From the human T2T-CHM13v2.0 reference genome, Homo sapiens: a stretch of DNA of 64,000 bases. The position numbers and the translations under genes are program-made. The first letter of the stretch is position 1. Each line of letters starts with the position of its first letter. Shown here piece after piece: positions 56,779 through 64,000 of this stretch. The notes beneath the pieces were generated by a model, which saw only the letters and a program-made list of their open reading frames with translations, had not been told where the DNA came from and made no database searches. The DNA lies in NCBI RefSeq assembly GCF_009914755.1, contig NC_060939.1. One strand, 5' to 3'.

Positions 56779-58688
56779 ATCGACAGGGTTGAATAAGGAT
56801 TCCTACCGCTGGAGTGGGGAAGGAGCTAGTCCAGAAGTGGGTGGAAAACCACAGGCAGCCAGGGGATGATTTACTGAAGCAGGGACCCAAGGAGGGCAGG
56901 AAGAAACAGAGCAAAACCTCGGTCTAGAAGAGGTATCCTGAAGTTGGAGAGGGTGGGGAAATGCATTGTTGTTGTTGTTTTTTTTTTTTGTAATGACAGT
57001 TGTTTTGGCTTACATTAGATGGCCTCAAGCTTATCACTGAGAAAGGAGAAAAGGTCTTTTGAGAATGAAGTAGGCAAGGTTAATGTTTGGCATTAGAGGA
57101 AATTATATAAACTTTAATCCCAGTGGGGGAAGATTAGTGTACAGGTGAGTAAAAGGATTACTGAGCAGCAATGAGGCCTGGCTGAATGGAACTTTTGAAG
57201 CAATTATTAAAAAGATTGGTAAAATGTATATCTCAACCACGCTGATACTTTTTATATTTGTGCGTTTTACAGACTAGACTTATGTACTTTTTTTTTACTT
57301 TTTATTTTGCTTATTTCACAGGACTTTGTAGATTTCAATGTTATTGAACTTTTATTTCAGTTATTTTTAATGGCTACATAATAGTCTATAGATCTGTTCT
57401 TTAATTTACCAATCAGCGCTTCAGTTACTAACTGGTTAGATTGCTTCCAGTTTTTAATGAAGTTGTGCCAAAAGTTGCAGTAAACATTCTTATGCATAGA
57501 GTTTTGCGAGATTTTACTAGTGGACCCAGTAAAGGTTTTATACGGTGGTAACACAGAGCAGGAAATGTATTTTCTGAAATGTCACATTAATGAGGCCACC
57601 CTTGATCCACCACATTTAAAATTGCAACCTTCATTCCTGCTTTAATCTCTGTAGCACTTGCTATCTTCTAGGTGTTTTACTTATTTATCTTGATTGCTGT
57701 TGTCTCCCTTGTTCGACAGAACAGGGATTTTGGTTTGCTTCACCAGTACCTTAAATAGTGCCTGGCACATACATACTTGCTGAATGAATGGATGATGGGA
57801 CTTACCCAGACCTGTAGGCGAAATGAGTTTGGAAGAGTGTCAGTAGCAACAGATATTCATGGAAGCCAGTGGGAAGATACTTGCAATGACTGATCTTTAG
57901 TATCTAGAGGGACAAGGAAGCAACAAAAGTCCCCAGGGACATGAATTGGGAGATTGAAGGGTTAGTACCTGGAGGTAATTGTGACAACAAAAGCACATTC
58001 CTCTGGAAGGTGAGAGTGGGAGAGGTAGAAGGTAAGTAGGCTGTGGTTAGAGAAAGGGATTTCCCAAGGTTTAGATATTAGAAATGGAACAGTTTGAGAA
58101 TTAAATTCTCAAATTTAATTTTGAGAAGGTTGGTAGAATACTCCATTTCATGGAGAATGGACTGTATCACTTTTTAATTGCTCCTGCCTTGGCAAACAGT
58201 GTCCTCTAATCTTGTTATATTTGGGTCATGCTCAGTGGTGGTATATAAAGCAGGTTTTGTTTTCAGAGATCTTTTTTGTTGGAATATGGCTGTATGTGAT
58301 AATCTGATTAAGCAGATATGCCACTAATGTCTGCCACACAATAAGGCATGTTAGTGACTATGTCAATGTAGGCTTGAAAGCTACATTGATAGAGAAGTTG
58401 TCTCCCCGCTATTTGACTTCTTGAGTCGTTTCTTTGAACTGTCGAGAGTATTTTACAAGTGCTTTTCTGTTTGAGGTCATTTCACTCAGAGTATAGCAAC
58501 TTAGTAAAATATGTAAAACATGTAGTATAGCATATGCCATTCTTATTTTAAGCTGCTTTTGGGGAGCCACTCTTGGGTATGGAAGTTGTAATAGTAGTTT
58601 TTGGAGTACACTTTATTATTATTACCGTCAGCCAGTACATGATTTTCCATTGCCTTATACGTTTTCCACTGTAGCATTAAAAAAAAAA

Positions 58689-59037
58689 TTTTTTTTTTAT
58701 TATTACACTGTAAGTTCTGGGATGCATGTGTAGAACGTGCAGGTTTATTACATAGGTATACACGTGCCGTGGAGGTTTGCTGCACCCATCAACCCATCAT
58801 CTACGTTAGGTATTTCTGCTAATGCTCTCCCTCCCCTAGCCCCCAACCACCTGACCGACCCCGGTGTGTGATGTTCCCCTTCCTGTGTCCATGTGTTCTT
58901 ATTGTTCAACTCCCACTTATGAGTGAAAACATGTGGTGTTTGGTTTTCTGTTCCTGTGTTAGTTTGCTGAGAACGATGGTTTCTAGCTTCATCCATTTCT
59001 CTACAAAGGACATGAACTCATCCTTTTTTATGGCTGC
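58689..59037 (-). mobile_element. 5'-truncated L1PA 3' end (about 350 bp)
   Basis: tattacactgtaagttctggga...ttgttcaactcccacttatgagtga...aaggacatgaactcatcc; TSD actgtagcat at 58668 and 59039. Confidence 0.9.
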
Positions 59038-59318
59038 TACTGTAGCATATTTTTAGCTTTAAAATTCCAATTAGTCTCAGGTGAATTGTTAATGACAGAC
59101 AGGTGTGACTTAGTAGAAAAAACTGGAGAGACAGTTGAAGTAATCTTTCTCATATTTTTCAGTGGCTAGATAGCATGTCTGTAATTTCTTAACTCTTTAG
59201 TTTCTTCTATTTCAAAACATGATAATGATCTCAAATATAACCTTCCTCCCAAAATCTCAGGGATACTTTACCAATCTATTGTTTGCTTTGGTGGGATTAT
59301 AATAACTGTGATATAGGT

Positions 59319-59593
59319 TGGGAGGCCAAGGTGGGTGGATCACCTGAGGTCAGGAGTTCGAGATCAGCCTGGCCAATGTGGCAAAACCCCTGTCTCTACT
59401 AAAAATACAAAAAAATTAGCTGGGCGTGGTGGGACGCGCCTGTAATCACAGCTACTCAGGAGGCTGAGGCAGGAGAATCGATGAACCTGGGAGTTAGAGG
59501 TTGCATTGAGCCAAGATCGCACCACCGCACTCCAGCCTTGGCGACAGAGCGGGACTCTGTCTCAAAAATAAATAAATAAATAAATAAATAAAT
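59319..59593 (+). mobile_element. 5'-truncated Alu (AluSx-like) with (TAAA)n tail
   Basis: Alu consensus; tgatat flanks. Confidence 0.93.
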
Positions 59594-61149
59594 ATGATAT
59601 GATATGGGATATTCAAAGGTGTTAATGTTGTAAGGAAAGGAAAAATAACATTTCATATAAGGAGGAAAGGGTTGATGGAAAGCATAATCTATTATTGTGC
59701 CTGATCTTTGAGCTGCTAGGCACCTTATCAGAATGCTGTTTGAGGAGTGTTTTCATTATGTTTAAAGCTTTCAGAGAAAGTAGGATTTTCTGATACAAGT
59801 AGAAAAATAGAAAAAAGTAGATATGTTTTTCTACTTTTAAGAAGGGAAGGCTTACTAGGAATTATTTTTAAATGAATGAAAGAGTAGAAGGAGGAAGAAT
59901 AGGCAGTATCCGTGTGTGATTTCTCTGTGTCAAACACCATAGATGTAGTTTTTTATGCACATTTTCTCTAATTCTCAAAACAGTGCTTAGATTATAATAT
60001 CTGTGTTTGCATATTATGAAATTAAGGCTCAGAAAAGTTAAGAAATTTGTCTAGCATCATATAGTTAGGAGATAAAATTTTGTACCCAGAAATCTCTAAC
60101 TCTGTATACCACACTGTGTATCAAACTAATGAGAAAGAATAGTGACACCAACGGTTAGGACTTCAGACATTTACATTTGTGCTGAATGTAGAAGAGGGTG
60201 CTTAACACTTGAAATGCGTGCTCAAGTACAATAGTTAATAATATGAGATTGTGTGGGGTATGATTGTGTGCCTCATCCCTGTTTATTGTATGCCCCAAGA
60301 TTCTTTCATCTGCTGCAAAAAAGCACAGTGCAGATTATGTGTGGTATCACAGCAGGCATTACGGGCATGGGTATGCCTTCTGGATGCAAGGGTGGAATTG
60401 GAGGTGCTGTAGCCTTTAGAGGAGAAACCCACTTGCCTTGTTCAAATCAGTTGGCGTATAATGGTGGAAAGTTGTTATATTTGTTTATAATGATATGAGT
60501 TGAGCAAACTTGCTTGTTTTTTAAATTTTACGAATTTTAACTTTAAGTTCTTGGAACCAAGTGCTTTATTCCAAATAGGATATGATAATTATATTGACAA
60601 GTGTTGAACAATATGTCATTGTAACAGTTTTTCTTTGTGTAATTGACTTCAATAATCTTGAGGGTGTTTTCTGCACCTATTGTTAGAAAAGTTGGAGTGC
60701 CCTTGTAAGGGTTGGAGTGAGTGGTTCTTCTCTTGCCATTATAATTGACTGTAGTTAGCATATGGTCTAATTTATTTTAAGAGCACCTCTTAATAAGCCT
60801 TGATTTTGTTGAAAATCAGGCTAAAACCATCTTCCTTGCACTTCCTCATTACTTGGTTGTTAGCATAATATTAACTATTATTAGATCCCACATATCTCTT
60901 TATCTTGATCTAAAGAACATTGTTAGGGCTAGGAGTCCTGCAGTTTTCATTTAACCCATTTGTGATCTCTTGTGAGGAGGATGGAGCTATTGGTTATATG
61001 CCTGAATCATTTGGGAGGTATATATACTAATTTTTGCTGTTGAACCTCAAAGAACAATCAGGTTAGAAATACGAAGTAAGACTTAGAACGTTAAGCCTAT
61101 GCCTGGGAGGCAGAATGTATATATATTAACCAGAGATGCTTGCATGTAG

Positions 61150-61348
61150 GGAGAATGCTGGAGAACCAGACTCCTGGAGCAGTTTATCCTATGAAATACC
61201 GTATGGAGACTGTTCTGTGAGGCATCATCGAGAGTTGGACATCTATACATTAACCTCTGAGTCTGATTCACATCATGAACACCCATTTCCTGGAGACGGT
61301 TGCACTGGACCAATTTTTAAACTTATGAACATCCAACAGCAACTAATG
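61150..61348 (+). CDS. AKAP13: AKAP13 coding exon 6, (E)ENAGEPDSWSS...NIQQQLM; phase 2 in, phase 0 out
   Basis: Acceptor tgcatgtag|GGAG, donor AATG|gtaagt; lies within ORF 61136..61432; in frame with exon 5. Confidence 0.95.
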
Positions 61349-61469
61349 GTAAGTCAGAAAGCTTTTATTTTTAAGTATATGCATGTGTATGTGTGTGTTT
61401 TGTATGTGTGTGTCCCCGCCCTCCTCCAATGAACCTTGATATAATTAGAACATAAAAATGCTTTCCTGG

Positions 61470-62081
<612 letters not shown>

Positions 62082-64000
62082 TTACAGATCAGAGCTAGCA
62101 TTAAGGTTGTAGCCGTAGGGGGACTGAGAGGTTTTTTTCATTGGTTTTGGGAATAATGGAAGACACACATTTCAGGTACAGAAATATGCAACAACTAGAA
62201 CTAAATTTCTGGCATAAAAGGATATTTGTCTGTGTTTGGCTTAACTTTACAAAATGAAAGAACCAACAGTTTCTGAGATTGTTGCCAAAGAACAAGAACC
62301 AAATTTAATCAGGAGTATTTTTACAACTATTTTAGTGGCGATGATATGTACCATTTAAATATAGTGTTACTATATTTAAATCAATAGTTGTATGGTACAA
62401 AGATAGCTAAAAAAAACAGAAAAGATTTTATAATCCACTCAAGTCTTCAAGATAAAGTTGTTGCCAGACATAAAAACATTACAGACTCCCTGTTAGCATT
62501 TATTACGAATAACATAAACGTCATATGTGTACATCTCTCTTGGGCATAACATCTGAAAGGCTGTGTTTAGGTAATTTTTCCACCCAGTTTATTTCAGAGC
62601 TGATTTGATTTGGAAACCACTGGACAGTAATTTCATTTAAGGTCAGCTCAATGCCAGAGGCTTCTTTGGGAGCATGCATTATTTGAGACCAGCAAGCCAA
62701 GAAATTCCATAGGGTTATGTGATGCTCCCACTTTTGTGTTTTAGAATTGTGTTTGTTCCAGAGCACGTGACATTTCATTTTCCTCTGAATGGACTTCTAG
62801 GCAATCAGGTTTTTCCTTAGAGCTCTTTTTACTAGGTGAATGGTAGTTCACTTGAAAATATAGTTTTGCAGGTACCAAAGCTACCTGCCAAGATATGGAA
62901 ATGGTTGGCAGGCAAATACGAGAAATTAAAACTGTGGGAACATACATGTGCTACTTTCTTTAGGCAACACTACTTGTTTCGCCAGATTTCTGTTTTATAA
63001 TGTTTACCATTTATTAAATTTAATGACTTCATTTCCTGATTTTTAGGAGACTGTCGTACTCTCAGCAGGACTGGAAATAAGCTAATTTTGAATACTCTTA
63101 AGGAGCCTAACACAGAAGCTTTTAGTGAAAGTCCATTTTGCTTGTACACTCTACTAGAAAGACTTTAACAAGCATGACACATTTTACACTTGTACATATA
63201 AACTTTTACAATAGGCTCAGTAGGTAGATAGGAATGGTCTGATGATGGAACCCTGTAAGTGCCCAATATATTCACTGAGTGAGTAGGTGAATGAGAGGAT
63301 GGATGGCAGTAGGTATGCATATTATTGCAGTAGATCAGGTAATGAATGAATGGCGAGCAAACCAGATGTTTGGAAAAATAGATTTTAGGTGTTGAGAAAA
63401 TATTTTTATAAGAATTTTTGAAATTTTGATATAAAGGTAAAATCACTAAAGATCACCTGTATTTGTTTTTCTCCATTTTAAACCTTGCTGCATGCACATG
63501 GGATTTTTGCATATTTATAAACTTAGATTAATAATTTTTTTCTAATTGCAATATGGTCCTCATAGTTAATAATGGCTAGTATTTCTTCCATCAGTTTTAT
63601 GAACCTTGATTTTCTTAATCATTCCCATGCTGTTGGTTATATCTGTTTATATTTTTTAAATACTTTAAAGTTGCAAAATCCATTTTTGAGATTACATATA
63701 GTATCCATAATATACTCTGACAGTATATAGGTATATGTTCTCATTTATTTTATATTTAATATGTTCTGATTTTATCAAAAGGTGAAAGAATATCTGCCAT
63801 GCCACTGTTCCTGAAATTATGACCCCATAACTCGATGGTTAAGTTAGATTGGTTGGAACATATTTTGGGGATTAAAGGACACTGAACTCAGTAAGTATTT
63901 AGGGCACAGGCACATTGGCTGCACCTTGTAATGGAAAAGAGCTAGGATTTGTTTTTACTTGTATATATGAGGCAGGGTGTAAGTAGACTCTGCCCTTCTG

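Noticed and set aside
58678-58699. A10-T10 palindrome
   Set aside because: Explained by the L1 poly(A) tail abutting an A-run at the insertion site.
58748-59056. ORFs resembling L1 peptides
   Set aside because: Translations of the L1PA ORF2 end/3' UTR fragment; no intact L1 ORF2.

Overview
Primate (almost certainly human) genomic DNA lying entirely inside the AKAP13 (AKAP-Lbc/ARHGEF13) gene on the + strand. Four coding exons splice in frame with canonical GT-AG sites: 7458-7605 (148 nt), 19614-19910 (297 nt), 29802-29985 (184 nt) and 61150-61348 (199 nt). Together they give GDCVVTVLL...NIQQQLM, which I recognise as AKAP13 residues ~12-287 (exons 3-6 by recalled numbering). The rest is intron with about 30 Alus, old L1M/L1PA, L2 and MIR fragments, DNA transposons (MER1A/B, MER58, MER63, MER20, MER5, Tigger3), an MLT2-like LTR and microsatellites. 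Almost all ORF-track entries are Alu-derived or chance. The most interesting signal is a set of non-repeat intronic segments with good splice sites whose phases match downstream exons. The best is a candidate internal first exon at ~41489-41526 encoding MGLRYSGCLGSHV (Gly2/Ser6 myristoylation signature plus Cys8), in frame with exon 6. It would swap AKAP13's ankyrin-like N-terminal module for a lipid anchor. Also found: a second candidate first exon feeding exon 4, a downstream donor after exon 5, candidate poison microexons, RBFOX/QKI motifs at the weak exon 6 acceptor, and several unexplained local duplications. All splice and isoform calls beyond the four main exons are inference, and some may already exist as minor transcript models. 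Repeat boundaries and subfamilies are by-eye estimates.
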